NCBI RefSeq assembly: GCF_002514735.1
Contig: NZ_KZ300476.1
Location: 599,872 to 663,871, forward strand
DNA from: Sediminicola luteus
GTDB lineage: Bacteria > Bacteroidota > Bacteroidia > Flavobacteriales > Flavobacteriaceae
Reading direction: 5' to 3'
Length of the DNA: 64,000 bases
This document shows positions 46,537 to 57,051 of this stretch, piece after piece (the stretch's first letter is position 1; every line of letters starts with the position of its first letter). The notes beneath the pieces were generated by a model. That model was not told where the DNA came from. It saw only the letters and a list, made by a program, of their open reading frames with translations, and did no database searches. Made by a program: the position numbers and the translations under genes.

Positions 46537-47559
46537 ATGAACAAAAAAGACCACAAATACGTCATTTACTGGCTACTATCGGGTTGTGCCCTCATTTTTT
46601 TAATGGTGGTTATCGGTGGTATAACCCGACTGACCCATTCCGGACTTTCCATCTCGAACTACAAACTGATCTCGGGGGCCATCCCTCCTTTGAACCAAAC
46701 CGAATGGGAAGCTGCCTTTGAGCTCTACAAGCAATACCCTGAATACCAAAAACTGAACTACCATTTTACCCTAGAAGACTTTAAAAGTATATTTTTCTGG
46801 GAATGGTTGCACCGTTTGATCGGTCGTGTCATCGGTCTCGTTTTCATTATTCCCTTTTTGTATTTCCTCATCCGAAAACAACTTACCAAGCCTACCCTAC
46901 TTAAATCCTTGGTACTTTTAGGCATGGGCGCCTTTCAAGGCTTTATGGGCTGGTATATGGTAAAAAGTGGCTTGGTAGACCGACCCGACGTTTCCCATTT
47001 TAGACTGGCAGCCCACCTAACTACGGCCTTTATCACCTTTGCCTATAGCTTTTGGGTGGCTTTGGATTTGATCTTTCCGAACCGAAAAGAATCTACATTT
47101 AAAGGGCTTCGTAATCTTATTGGGGTGACCTTGCTCGTGCTTATGGTTCAAATTGTATGGGGTGCCTTTGTTGCCGGATTGGACGCAGGGTTTATACATA
47201 ACTTTTGGCCTACCATGAGCGAAGGCCACTGGATACATGAAACCGTTTATACCGAACAAGAAGGCTTGTGGCAAAATTTCACCCAGGGCAAAAGCGGGGT
47301 ACAGTTCGTACACCGATATTTGGCCTATATCGTAGTAGTATTGGTCGCCATGATAGCCTACTCGAGCAGAAAGTATGATTTGGATCGCTTACAGAAAAAA
47401 GGAGTACAGAGTGCCTTGGCCCTTACCGGACTTCAATTTGTTTTAGGTATATTCACCCTGGTATTTGCAGTTCCTTTACTCTTGGGCGTTGCCCACCAAA
47501 TAGGCGCCTTTTTTTTATTGGCCGTACTAACGTTTAGCTTACACCGATTCAGTAAATAA
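46537..47559 (+). CDS. ctaA: Heme A synthase (COX15/CtaA family)
   Basis: Eight TM helices with paired His motifs ('WLHRLIGRV', 'RLAAHLTTAF', 'HRYLAYIVV', 'AHQIGAFFLL'). The ATG at 46537 is preferred over the TTG at 46510. Confidence 0.7.
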   Translation: MNKKDHKYVIYWLLSGCALIFLMVVIGGITRLTHSGLSISNYKLISGAIPPLNQTEWEAAFELYKQYPEYQKLNYHFTLEDFKSIFFWEWLHRLIGRVIGLVFIIPFLYFLIRKQLTKPTLLKSLVLLGMGAFQGFMGWYMVKSGLVDRPDVSHFRLAAHLTTAFITFAYSFWVALDLIFPNRKESTFKGLRNLIGVTLLVLMVQIVWGAFVAGLDAGFIHNFWPTMSEGHWIHETVYTEQEGLWQNFTQGKSGVQFVHRYLAYIVVVLVAMIAYSSRKYDLDRLQKKGVQSALALTGLQFVLGIFTLVFAVPLLLGVAHQIGAFFLLAVLTFSLHRFSK

Positions 47560-47578
47560 TCGGCAGAAAAATAAAAAC

Positions 47579-48070
47579 ATGATTTACAAAATACGCATCA
47601 TATTAGACGCCCAGGAAGATATTTTCAGGGATATAGAAATCGAAGACAACAACACCCTGGAAGACCTACACAATGCCATTACCCAAGCTTTTGGCTTTCT
47701 TGGTCAGGAAATGGCGTCTTTCTACACTTGTGATGAAGCCTGGAACCAAGATGAAGAAATAGCCCTTTTCGATATGGGACCCAACGAAGGGGAAACCCGA
47801 TTGATGCATACTACCGTATTAACCGATATCATCACCGAGGAGAGCCCGAAATTAATCTATGTGTACGACTTTTTAAGTATGTGGACTTTCTTCGTTGAGT
47901 TGGCCGATATCGTAGAGAAAGAAGACGGGCGCAGTTATCCGAACCTACTTTTTACCTTTGGTGAATTGCCCGATACCCCACCCGAGAGGCGTTTTGAGGC
48001 CGATAACCAATCTATGGAAGACCCCGACCTCGATTTTGACGAGGAAGACTTCGATGCCCAGTGGAATTAA
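47579..48070 (+). CDS. pRiA4b ORF-3-like / IS1096 TnpR-passenger-like family protein
   Basis: 'YKIRIILDAQEDIFRDIEIEDNNTLEDLHNAITQAFGFLGQEMASFY...LIYVYDFLSMWTFFVELADI' matches the conserved layout of the PRiA4_ORF3 family. Acidic C-terminal tail. Confidence 0.5.
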   Translation: MIYKIRIILDAQEDIFRDIEIEDNNTLEDLHNAITQAFGFLGQEMASFYTCDEAWNQDEEIALFDMGPNEGETRLMHTTVLTDIITEESPKLIYVYDFLSMWTFFVELADIVEKEDGRSYPNLLFTFGELPDTPPERRFEADNQSMEDPDLDFDEEDFDAQWN

Positions 48071-48106
48071 CAACGACTAGAACCCAATCAACATAGAACA
48101 CTATCC

Positions 48107-49165
48107 ATGATAAACCTGTACAGTACCCAAATAGACCATATCTCCATTCACCGTGTTGGTAACAAAAATCGCTCTGAGGGCGCTTTTCTCTCTAGCGAAC
48201 CTTTTGGTTTGAATGACGAGACCACACAACTATTAAAAGAGTATTTCTTTCGTCCGTTTCGTGAAAAGGAAGAGAATTATTACCGATTCTCCCATGAGGC
48301 CGACCTCGAATTCAACGAACTTTTCCAGGCGGCTTCGGCCATTTTCCAAGATCCGGACCAGACCCATAACCAATCCAAAAAAATCGCTAGTTTTTTATAC
48401 GAACAATCCAACCACCCGCATATTAAAAGTGGGGAGCTGTACGTAACCCACTTATCGAACGTAATGCTCGACAACGAAAAGGTCGATGCCATTGGTATTT
48501 TCAAAAGTGAATTGAAGTACGAATTCCTTCAGTTTGAGGAAAACGGGAATAATCTGGATATGATTATCCAAGAGGGGATCAACATCAACAAATTGGATAA
48601 AGGCTGCCTAATCTTCAATAGCGAAAAAGAAGAAGGCTATAAGGTATTATCGGTAGACAGCAACCGCTACGACACCAAATATTGGTTAGAAAACTTTTTA
48701 GGGGTCGAAGCCTTGGCCGATGAGAATTTCTACACCAAAAATTATCTGAAATTCTGTAAGGATTTTGCCAAGGACGTGGTATTACCGGCCGAAGACAAAC
48801 AGCAAGAAGTTTTGTTTATGAACAAGGCGGTAAACCACTTTGCCATGAACGACAACTTTGAGGAAACCTCCTTTTTGAACGAAGTGATGGACAACCCGGA
48901 ATTGATCCCCGAGTTTAAGCATTACAAAGTTGAAAAAGGGCCTAAATACAGTATTGAGGACATCTCGGAGTTCGATATCGCCAATAAAGCGGTTTCCGAT
49001 GCCCGAAAGAAAATAAAGAATGTCATCAATCTGGATACCAACATCCAAATTAAAATGGATTTTATCAACCCAGAATCGGCTGAAAAATTCGTGGAAAAAG
49101 GTTGGGACGAAGAACGCCAGATGTACTACTACCTGGTGTATTTCAACAAAGAACAGAAAGATTAG
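48107..49165 (+). CDS. Nucleoid-associated protein, NdpA/YejK (NA37) family-like
   Basis: N-terminal 'IDHISIHRVGNK' and overall size (~350 aa) resemble the NA37 family. The assignment is tentative. Confidence 0.45.
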   Translation: MINLYSTQIDHISIHRVGNKNRSEGAFLSSEPFGLNDETTQLLKEYFFRPFREKEENYYRFSHEADLEFNELFQAASAIFQDPDQTHNQSKKIASFLYEQSNHPHIKSGELYVTHLSNVMLDNEKVDAIGIFKSELKYEFLQFEENGNNLDMIIQEGININKLDKGCLIFNSEKEEGYKVLSVDSNRYDTKYWLENFLGVEALADENFYTKNYLKFCKDFAKDVVLPAEDKQQEVLFMNKAVNHFAMNDNFEETSFLNEVMDNPELIPEFKHYKVEKGPKYSIEDISEFDIANKAVSDARKKIKNVINLDTNIQIKMDFINPESAEKFVEKGWDEERQMYYYLVYFNKEQKD

Positions 49166-49280
49166 GAGGTACAAGCTGCGAAGTTGGAAGTACGAATTAC
49201 GAAATACCATTGCTCCTTTGGAAACCGGCATTTTAGCTTAATCCAAGATTACAACACTTCGTTTCTCCGGACTACGACTT

Positions 49281-49442
49281 ATACCATTTCAATTTTGAGA
49301 TACAACCAATAAAAAAGCAGGAATTTTTTCTTTGGGCGAAAAAGAAAATCTAAGCATAGCCAAAGCTACGGTTCTATTTTATTTTGATGGCCAAAGGTAA
49401 AAAGAACCATTTTTTAGGTGGTATTTCAATGTTGAAATGGTA
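49281..49442. repeat. MITE-like element, family 2, copy B
   Basis: Same TIRs as copy A ('ataccatttcaa' / 'ttgaaatggtat'). Its right terminus again overlaps the stop codon (49443-49445) of the adjacent minus-strand gene. Confidence 0.8.
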
Positions 49443-50525
49443 TTATTTTACATCTATACGATGCTCTATTATCTGTAGGGCACTTACGTTTTCATAATTG
49501 CGTTTTACAAAATCCAGGGCCAGCTCCATAATCTCGCCCATGTTTTGCGAACGCTTGAATTTCACATCGGAAGTAAGCTCGTAAATCTCTTTGCCCAATC
49601 TTTCGATATGTTCTGGCAAGGAGATTTCGTCTTCTTTACAGATTTTGATGAGTTTTGCGATACGCTTTTCATAACTCATGATCCTTTTGGCCACAATAGA
49701 CCGTTCTTCCAATTTGTATTGGTCTACCGAATGCTTTTGAAGCTTTCCTTGCACCAATTGCACCATTTTCAGGTTCTCTTTAAAAAACTGTGGCCGATAG
49801 ACCTTCAGCTTGCCTTCAAAACATTGCTGATCAAAATCAATCGCCCGTATCTTATATACCACATGATCAAAATCGTGGGTAGGTACTATTACATAATTAT
49901 ACGAACGCATATCACCCAAAAGTCGAATCATGGCCCGTTCGTTGAACTTTACGAATTCTTTGGCCAACTGGGCCTTTTCAGACTCAGAACATTTGGGTAG
50001 CATATTCTTAATGAACTCATCGCCAGGTATACCCGCAATATGCTCTTCAATCAAGGTGTCTTTATACACCAAAAAGTTCAGGTTATAAGGCGATAACATA
50101 TGCTCCAATTCCAGCCCATATACCCGTGAAGCATCTGTTTTCTTTACGTAAAAATAGGTATAGTTATCATTAAGTATGTTTCGTACCTTAATGCGAAAAG
50201 GCTTGGAGTTACCAAAAGTACAGTAGTCAACAGCATCTACGTTCAGGTATTGGATAATCTCTTCCCCACCATTGGAATGCAAGATAGAATACACCTTTTT
50301 TAGACTAAGATCGATCTCTTCCCGTTCAAATTCAGAATAGTACACACGAATCCAGAGGGTATCTTCCCCTTCATCGTCATACACGGTAATGGCCCCTGCA
50401 AAACGCAATAGATCTTCATAGAATACCGGAATTTCGATTTTTCTGTTGTAATGCTCTAAATAATCATCAAGCTTAGCATTGACCGGAAAAGCCGGCTTTT
50501 TCTTGGACATTAACTTCTCTCCCAT
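49443..50525 (-). CDS. Hypothetical protein
   Basis: 360-aa ORF with coding-like composition. No recognised domain. Confidence 0.4.
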   Translation of the reverse strand: MGEKLMSKKKPAFPVNAKLDDYLEHYNRKIEIPVFYEDLLRFAGAITVYDDEGEDTLWIRVYYSEFEREEIDLSLKKVYSILHSNGGEEIIQYLNVDAVDYCTFGNSKPFRIKVRNILNDNYTYFYVKKTDASRVYGLELEHMLSPYNLNFLVYKDTLIEEHIAGIPGDEFIKNMLPKCSESEKAQLAKEFVKFNERAMIRLLGDMRSYNYVIVPTHDFDHVVYKIRAIDFDQQCFEGKLKVYRPQFFKENLKMVQLVQGKLQKHSVDQYKLEERSIVAKRIMSYEKRIAKLIKICKEDEISLPEHIERLGKEIYELTSDVKFKRSQNMGEIMELALDFVKRNYENVSALQIIEHRIDVK

Positions 50526-50602
50526 AACAAATCAAGTATTGCGCTGTAACAAATTTCGTAAATCTTCGTCAATTTGATAGGCCATTTAAAATCAACCTTA
50601 TT

Positions 50603-51505
50603 TTGAAAACAATCTTAACGGTTAATAACCTCACAAAAAAATTCGGCTACCTAACGGCGGTAGATCGACTGACCTTTACCATTGAGAAAGGCAATGTTTA
50701 CGGTATTTTGGGCCCGAACGGTAGTGGTAAATCGACCACCTTGGGTATCGTACTCAACGTAGTAAACCGTACCTCAGGCGAGTTCAGCTGGTTCGAAGGC
50801 AACACCTCTACCCATGAAGCCTTGAAAAAGGTGGGGGCCATCATTGAAAGACCCAATTTCTACCCGTATATGTCTGCCGAGCAAAACCTGAGATTGGTCT
50901 GCAAGATCAAAGGGGTCGGACATGAAAAAGTTCAAGAGAAACTGGAATTGGTCGGTCTATGGGAACGTAAAGATTCTAAATTCAAAACCTATTCGTTGGG
51001 AATGAAACAACGCTTGGCCATTGCCTCGGCCTTGTTGAACGACCCTGAAATCTTGATTTTAGACGAACCTACCAACGGATTGGACCCCCAGGGGATACAC
51101 CAAATCCGGGAATTGATAAAAACCATTGCCGCACAAGGTACCACCATATTATTGGCCTCCCACCTGTTAGATGAAGTAGAAAAGGTCTGCTCGCATGTAG
51201 TTATTCTACGTAAGGGTAAAAAAATATACTCGGGCCGGGTAGATGAGATGGTAAAAAGCCATGGATTTTTTGAATTGAAGGCCAATGACACTGCCGGTCT
51301 TATGGACTGGTTACAGTCCCAAGATCGTTTTACCGCCGTAAAGCAAGAAAACGGACTCATTACCGCCAACCTTACCGGCGATTTGGACGCCCAAAGCCTA
51401 AACTCGGAACTGTTCGAAAAAGGCATAGTGCTCTCGCATTTGGTAAAACGAAAAGAAAGCCTAGAAAGCCAATTCCTTACCCTAACCGAAAACCAAGCCC
51501 AATAA
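50603..51505 (+). CDS. ABC transporter ATP-binding protein (ABC-2 type)
   Basis: Walker A 'GPNGSGKST', signature 'YSLGMKQRL', Walker B 'ILILDEPT'. TTG start. No in-frame ATG lies upstream of the Walker A. Confidence 0.8.
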   Translation: MKTILTVNNLTKKFGYLTAVDRLTFTIEKGNVYGILGPNGSGKSTTLGIVLNVVNRTSGEFSWFEGNTSTHEALKKVGAIIERPNFYPYMSAEQNLRLVCKIKGVGHEKVQEKLELVGLWERKDSKFKTYSLGMKQRLAIASALLNDPEILILDEPTNGLDPQGIHQIRELIKTIAAQGTTILLASHLLDEVEKVCSHVVILRKGKKIYSGRVDEMVKSHGFFELKANDTAGLMDWLQSQDRFTAVKQENGLITANLTGDLDAQSLNSELFEKGIVLSHLVKRKESLESQFLTLTENQAQ

Positions 51506-51515
51506 AGATTCAGCC

Positions 51516-52349
51516 ATGTTACGACTTTTACAGATAGAAGCCATTAAATTATGGAACAACAGGGCCAGCAGGGTCTTGATCATCGCCTATTTTGTTTTAT
51601 TGACCACCATTGCCCTGATTGCGGCCATTAAATTCGATATCGGCCCGGTTAAATTCCACTTAGCCGAGCAAGGTATCTTCAATTTCCCTTACATCTGGCA
51701 CTTTAACACCTTTATAGCCGCTTGGTTCAAATTGTTCTTGGCCGTGGTCATCGTTTCTATGATGGCCAATGAGTATAGCAACAAGACCATAAAACAAAAT
51801 CTGATAGACGGATTATCTAAAAAGGAGTTTATCGGATCTAAATTTTTGACCGTACTGGTTTTTTCGGCAGTATCAACGGCTTTTGTCGCCATAATGTCCT
51901 TGATTCTAGGCTACGCCTATTCCGATTTTACCGAATTCAATGTGGTATTCCGCGACCTGGAATTCCTTTTGGCCTATTTTGTTAAGCATTTGGGCTTTTT
52001 CTCCTTTTGTCTCTTTTTGGGCATTTTGGTAAAGCGATCGGCGTTTGCCTTGGGCTTCTTGGTATTATGGCAATTTTTCGAAGGCTTCGTAAGGGGTATG
52101 GTCCGCTGGAAGGTTTTGGATTCCGATGGCACCGACACCCTGATGTCGTTCTTTCCGTTGCAATCTATGTTCAACCTGATCGACGAGCCCTTTACCCGTT
52201 TAGGCGCCGTTAAGTCGATAGCCGATCAATTAGACACTTCTTTGGAGCTCGATTATGCCGTAACCCCATTGAAACTCATTATCGTTTTGGCCTGGACTGC
52301 CTTTTTTATCTGGGCTTCCTACAAACTATTAAAGCGCAGAGATCTCTAA
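51516..52349 (+). CDS. ABC-2 family transporter permease
   Basis: Six predicted TM helices. Immediately downstream of the ABC ATPase gene. Confidence 0.65.
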   Translation: MLRLLQIEAIKLWNNRASRVLIIAYFVLLTTIALIAAIKFDIGPVKFHLAEQGIFNFPYIWHFNTFIAAWFKLFLAVVIVSMMANEYSNKTIKQNLIDGLSKKEFIGSKFLTVLVFSAVSTAFVAIMSLILGYAYSDFTEFNVVFRDLEFLLAYFVKHLGFFSFCLFLGILVKRSAFALGFLVLWQFFEGFVRGMVRWKVLDSDGTDTLMSFFPLQSMFNLIDEPFTRLGAVKSIADQLDTSLELDYAVTPLKLIIVLAWTAFFIWASYKLLKRRDL

Positions 52350-52425
52350 AGCACCCTATCGATTAATACATGTTAGTGGTCGTTTGACCCATGTACAATG
52401 GCAAGGATCCATTATCTTGTGGACC

Positions 52426-54819
52426 ATGCCGACCAGATACTTGCTTTGTTTTTTATGGCTTTTTGGGCTACCTATCCTGTTATCTGCCCAAAGGTCAAAT
52501 GATTGTATTAATGCAGTTACCGTATGCGGAAATAATGCCATTTCTTCGAACGTAACCGGTTATGGCACCCAAGAACTGAGTCAATTGACCAGTTCTTGTG
52601 TCTTCCCGGAAACCAATAGTATGTGGTTCGAGCTCAATATTGCGGAATCGGGTCAACTGGCATTTACCATTGAGCCCAATTCCAACGCCATTTCGGTAGA
52701 TTATGATTTTTATATTTTCGGACCTAATCCGGAATGCGGAAACCTGAACAACCCCATTCGTTGCTCTACCACCAACCCGGAAGCGGCTGCACTCAACACC
52801 AACCATACCGGCCTTAGAAACGGGGAAAGCGACACCAGCGAAGGACCTGGGTCTGACGGCAACAGTTTTTTGGCCCCGCTTACGGTTACCTCAGGCGAGC
52901 GCTATCTGCTTCTAGTAAACCGGCCCCACGGGAACGGGGGCTTTGATTTGAATTGGTCCGGAAATCCTTTGTTTAACGATCCACCCGAAATATTGGGCGA
53001 ACCTGACCCCTTGGATTTCTGCATTGCGTATGCAGGCATGGAAGTCGACTTGACCCAGAACAATCATCAAATGAGTGCCGACCCATCGTTTGCACCAGCC
53101 TTCTATACCAGCTATGCCGATGCTTTTGATGCCACCGACCCGATTGAAAACCCTAATGCGTTTATCTGGGAACATACAGCCATACAAACCATTTACATCA
53201 GAATAAATGCAGAGAATGGCTGTTTCGAAATTTTAGAACTCCCCCTAAACGCCCAAACTTTTATTTCACAAGTTTTTGCCTATAACAAATGTGACCTTAA
53301 CCATAACGGCACCGAAAATTTCGAATTAAACCAAATCGCCATGGATATTGGTGCTGCACTAGCAGATGCCTCAAGTTTTCAAATTGAACTTTTTAGCGAT
53401 TCCGATACAGCCGAGAACAACCTTAATCCCCTAACCCAAACGGCTTTGGAGACTGGCACTACTATCCTTTATGCCCGGATAAGCGCACAAAGTGACCCGA
53501 GTTGTTTTACTACACTACCCATTAATCTAAAGGTCATTGAAAGTCCGGTGCCGGCCGGGGCCGAACTAATACAATGCGATGTAGTCCCGAACAATTCTAC
53601 CGACGGTTTAACCCAATCTGATTTAAATCAAATTTTCAAAGACCTGCTCGAACCCGACATCACCTACGAATTCTATACTTCGGATGCCAATCGAAACCAA
53701 GGCAACGTCATTGACCAGCCCCAAAACTTTACCAATACCCAGGCGTTTAACCAAACCATTTATTATCGGGTATACCTTAACGAATGTACCTTAGACGGCG
53801 ACTTTATCCTAAACGTAAGCCCCACAACAGTCAGCCTAAACCCGGTGAGTCCGTTTTATGCCTGTGCTGAAAACCCATCGGAACCCGAGGCCCAAGCCAC
53901 CTTTGATCTAGAGGAAATCAGAGCCCTGAACTACCCTAATCTTGAAACTTCTTTTTACACCTCCTTACACGATTTAAGTTTGGAGCAAAACGAGATTACA
54001 GGAAATCATTATAGTAGGTCCCGTACTGTTTATGTTCGGATCGAGGAAGCCAACCAGTGCCAAGGGGTAGAAGAATTCGAATTGGTGGTAAACCCAACGC
54101 CGACACCCGATTTCGCCGAACAACACATACTTTGCACCGACAACCCACCTTTACCCCTAAAAGCCCCAGCTGGCTATGATATTTACAGATGGTATAACGC
54201 CTCTAGAGAATTAATCTCGGAAAACGCCAAGGTAGAAATCACAGATACGGGTACTTATAGCCTAGAGGTAGGATATCGATATGACCAAAACAACAGTATC
54301 ACCTATTGCACCACCCTTAAAGACTTTAATGTGGTGGGTTCGAACAAAGCCTTGATAAAGGATGTCGCCGTTAGCGACTTAACCGAAAACAATACCCTTT
54401 CGGTAATCGTGTCTGGTGATGGCGAATACACCTATTCGTTGGACGGTATCGTTTTTCAAAACGAACCGAATTTCGAAGATATGGAAGCTGGTATACACCG
54501 TCTTTACATAAAGGACGAACTGGGCTGTGGTATTAGTGAAAAAGATGTAGCCATTATCGGTTACCCCAAATTTTTCACCCCTAACAATGACAGTCATAAC
54601 GACTTCTGGCGGATTTATGGTGTCAACAAAGATTTTAATGCCGATGCAGCCATTTATATTTTTAATAGATACGGGGCTTTGATCGCTGAAGTAAGACCTG
54701 ATAGCGACGGCTGGAACGGCACTTTAAACGGCACCCCCCTGCCCGCATCGGATTATTGGTTTAAACTGCAGTTGCCCAATGGCCGAATCCATACTGGTCA
54801 TTTTAGCTTGAAAAGATAA
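52426..54819 (+). CDS. Secreted/cell-surface protein with a T9SS type-B (gliding-motility-associated) C-terminal sorting domain
   Basis: Signal peptide 'MPTRYLLCFLWLFGLPILLSAQ'. The C-terminus 'FFTPNNDSHNDFWRIYGV...IFNRYGALIAEVRPDSDGWNGTLNGTPLPASDYWFKLQ' matches the type-B CTD. The central region is unassigned. Confidence 0.7.
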   Translation: MPTRYLLCFLWLFGLPILLSAQRSNDCINAVTVCGNNAISSNVTGYGTQELSQLTSSCVFPETNSMWFELNIAESGQLAFTIEPNSNAISVDYDFYIFGPNPECGNLNNPIRCSTTNPEAAALNTNHTGLRNGESDTSEGPGSDGNSFLAPLTVTSGERYLLLVNRPHGNGGFDLNWSGNPLFNDPPEILGEPDPLDFCIAYAGMEVDLTQNNHQMSADPSFAPAFYTSYADAFDATDPIENPNAFIWEHTAIQTIYIRINAENGCFEILELPLNAQTFISQVFAYNKCDLNHNGTENFELNQIAMDIGAALADASSFQIELFSDSDTAENNLNPLTQTALETGTTILYARISAQSDPSCFTTLPINLKVIESPVPAGAELIQCDVVPNNSTDGLTQSDLNQIFKDLLEPDITYEFYTSDANRNQGNVIDQPQNFTNTQAFNQTIYYRVYLNECTLDGDFILNVSPTTVSLNPVSPFYACAENPSEPEAQATFDLEEIRALNYPNLETSFYTSLHDLSLEQNEITGNHYSRSRTVYVRIEEANQCQGVEEFELVVNPTPTPDFAEQHILCTDNPPLPLKAPAGYDIYRWYNASRELISENAKVEITDTGTYSLEVGYRYDQNNSITYCTTLKDFNVVGSNKALIKDVAVSDLTENNTLSVIVSGDGEYTYSLDGIVFQNEPNFEDMEAGIHRLYIKDELGCGISEKDVAIIGYPKFFTPNNDSHNDFWRIYGVNKDFNADAAIYIFNRYGALIAEVRPDSDGWNGTLNGTPLPASDYWFKLQLPNGRIHTGHFSLKR

Positions 54820-54956
54820 GCGGCCACCTACTTTCGAATTCCATAAGGTTTTGGTATTTTCACTATTCCTTGCCATTTTTAAGGAAATAAGGAACATCAT
54901 CAAAAAACGGGACCATGGCTGTCTTTCCTATGGCCCGCGAATTACACGCTTAGCCC

Positions 54957-56954
54957 ATGAAATTCAAGGTCGTATCTAAATTTAAACCAACGGGTGATCA
55001 GCCCCAGGCCATTGCCCAATTGGCCGAAGGTATTAAAAGTGAGGTCCCCCATCAGGTATTGCTAGGGGTTACGGGCTCCGGTAAAACCTTTACTGTGGCC
55101 AACGTAGTGGCATCGGTGCAACGCCCCACACTTGTGTTGGCACATAACAAAACCTTGGCAGCACAGTTATACTCCGAATTCAAGGCTTTTTTTCCGGAGA
55201 ATGCCGTAGAGTATTTTGTTTCATACTACGACTATTACCAGCCCGAAGCCTACATTCCCACTTCGGGCACCTATATCGAAAAAGACCTTTCGATAAACGA
55301 GGATATTGAAAAATTAAGACTCAGCGCCACTTCTGCCCTATTATCGGGGCGGCGCGATGTTTTGGTTGTGGCCTCGGTTTCTTGTCTTTATGGTATCGGG
55401 AACCCTGTGGAATTCCAGAAAAATGTGATCCAAATCAAAAGGGACCAGGTAATCTCGCGCACCAAATTTTTGCATAAATTGGTCCAAAGCCTTTATGCAC
55501 GCACCACCGCCGAGTTTAAAAACGGAAACTTTAGGATCAAAGGCGATGTGGTCGATGTTTTTCCGGGTTATGCCGATCATGCCTTTCGTATCCATTTTTT
55601 TGGAGATGAAATCGAGGAAATCGAAGCCTTTGACCCGTATAACAATAACGTAATCGAGAAGTATGAACAACTCAATATTTATCCGGCCAATCTGTTCGTT
55701 ACCTCACAGGATGTGATGCAAAACGCCATTCATCAGATACAAGACGACATGATGAAACAGGTAGCCTATTTTAAGGAAATTGGAAAACACCTTGAAGCCA
55801 AGAGATTGGAAGAACGTACCACTTTCGACCTGGAAATGATCCGGGAACTGGGCTATTGTTCCGGTATTGAAAACTACTCCCGCTATATGGACGGCAGGGA
55901 GGCCGGCACCCGCCCCTTCTGTCTGCTCGATTATTTTCCGGATGACTTTCTTATGGTCATCGACGAAAGCCATGTCACCTTACCGCAGGTGCATGCCATG
56001 TATGGCGGTGACCGTTCCCGTAAAGAGAATTTGGTAGAGTACGGTTTTAGATTGCCGGCAGCCATGGATAACCGCCCCTTAAAATTCGAGGAATTCGAAA
56101 TGTTACAAAACCAGGTACTTTACGTAAGTGCCACACCAGCCGACTACGAACTGGACTTGGCCGAAGGTGTTTTCACCGAACAGATCATTAGACCTACCGG
56201 CCTCCTGGATCCCATAATCGAAGTACGACCCAGTCTAAACCAAATCGATGATTTGATTGAGGAAATACAGCAGCGTGTTGAAATCGATGAGCGGGTTTTG
56301 ATAACCACCCTTACTAAGCGCATGGCCGAAGAACTAGCCAAATACCTTACACGGATAGAAGTACGCTGTCGTTACATACATAGCGATGTAGACACCTTGG
56401 AACGGGTAGAGATTATGCAAGATTTAAGAAAAGGACTTTTCGATGTTTTGATCGGTGTTAACCTATTGCGAGAAGGACTTGACCTGCCCGAAGTATCGTT
56501 GGTAGCTATATTGGACGCCGACAAGGAAGGTTTTTTACGTAGTACCCGGTCCTTGACCCAAACCGTGGGCCGTGCCGCCAGAAACCTCAACGGAAAAGCC
56601 ATTATGTATGCTGATAAAGTAACCCGAAGCATGCAAGAAACAATCGATGCTACCAATTACCGCCGGGAAAAACAGATTAATTACAATACTGAAAACAACA
56701 TTACCCCAAAAGCCCTGGAAAAGGAACTGACCAACATCTTGACCAAAGAAAAGGCTGCGTATACCCCGATAGGTATGGAAAACCGTAAAGCGGCCGAACC
56801 CGACACGGCCTATTTAAGTAAGGAACAACTGGAAAAGCTAATCCGCGAAAAACGTAAACTGATGGAAGCCGCCGCCAAGGAATTGGATTTCATAGAGGCC
56901 GCCCGTTTTCGAGATGAAATCAAGCAACTAAAAGCCCAAGTAACCGAACTTTAA
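54957..56954 (+). CDS. uvrB: Excinuclease ABC subunit B
   Basis: Walker A 'GVTGSGKTFT', the beta-hairpin region, helicase motifs ('VIDESH', 'LREGLDLPEVSLVAILDADKEGFLRS') and the C-terminal UvrB/UvrC interaction helix 'ARFRDEIKQLK'. Confidence 0.95.
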   Translation: MKFKVVSKFKPTGDQPQAIAQLAEGIKSEVPHQVLLGVTGSGKTFTVANVVASVQRPTLVLAHNKTLAAQLYSEFKAFFPENAVEYFVSYYDYYQPEAYIPTSGTYIEKDLSINEDIEKLRLSATSALLSGRRDVLVVASVSCLYGIGNPVEFQKNVIQIKRDQVISRTKFLHKLVQSLYARTTAEFKNGNFRIKGDVVDVFPGYADHAFRIHFFGDEIEEIEAFDPYNNNVIEKYEQLNIYPANLFVTSQDVMQNAIHQIQDDMMKQVAYFKEIGKHLEAKRLEERTTFDLEMIRELGYCSGIENYSRYMDGREAGTRPFCLLDYFPDDFLMVIDESHVTLPQVHAMYGGDRSRKENLVEYGFRLPAAMDNRPLKFEEFEMLQNQVLYVSATPADYELDLAEGVFTEQIIRPTGLLDPIIEVRPSLNQIDDLIEEIQQRVEIDERVLITTLTKRMAEELAKYLTRIEVRCRYIHSDVDTLERVEIMQDLRKGLFDVLIGVNLLREGLDLPEVSLVAILDADKEGFLRSTRSLTQTVGRAARNLNGKAIMYADKVTRSMQETIDATNYRREKQINYNTENNITPKALEKELTNILTKEKAAYTPIGMENRKAAEPDTAYLSKEQLEKLIREKRKLMEAAAKELDFIEAARFRDEIKQLKAQVTEL

Positions 56955-57051
56955 CCTATAGGTATGCATTACGAATTCTAGCAACCGACATAAAAAGTTC
57001 ATTCAAAACCGTTTTTAGTTACCCCCAAAAGTATTAGGTTTACCCCAAATT

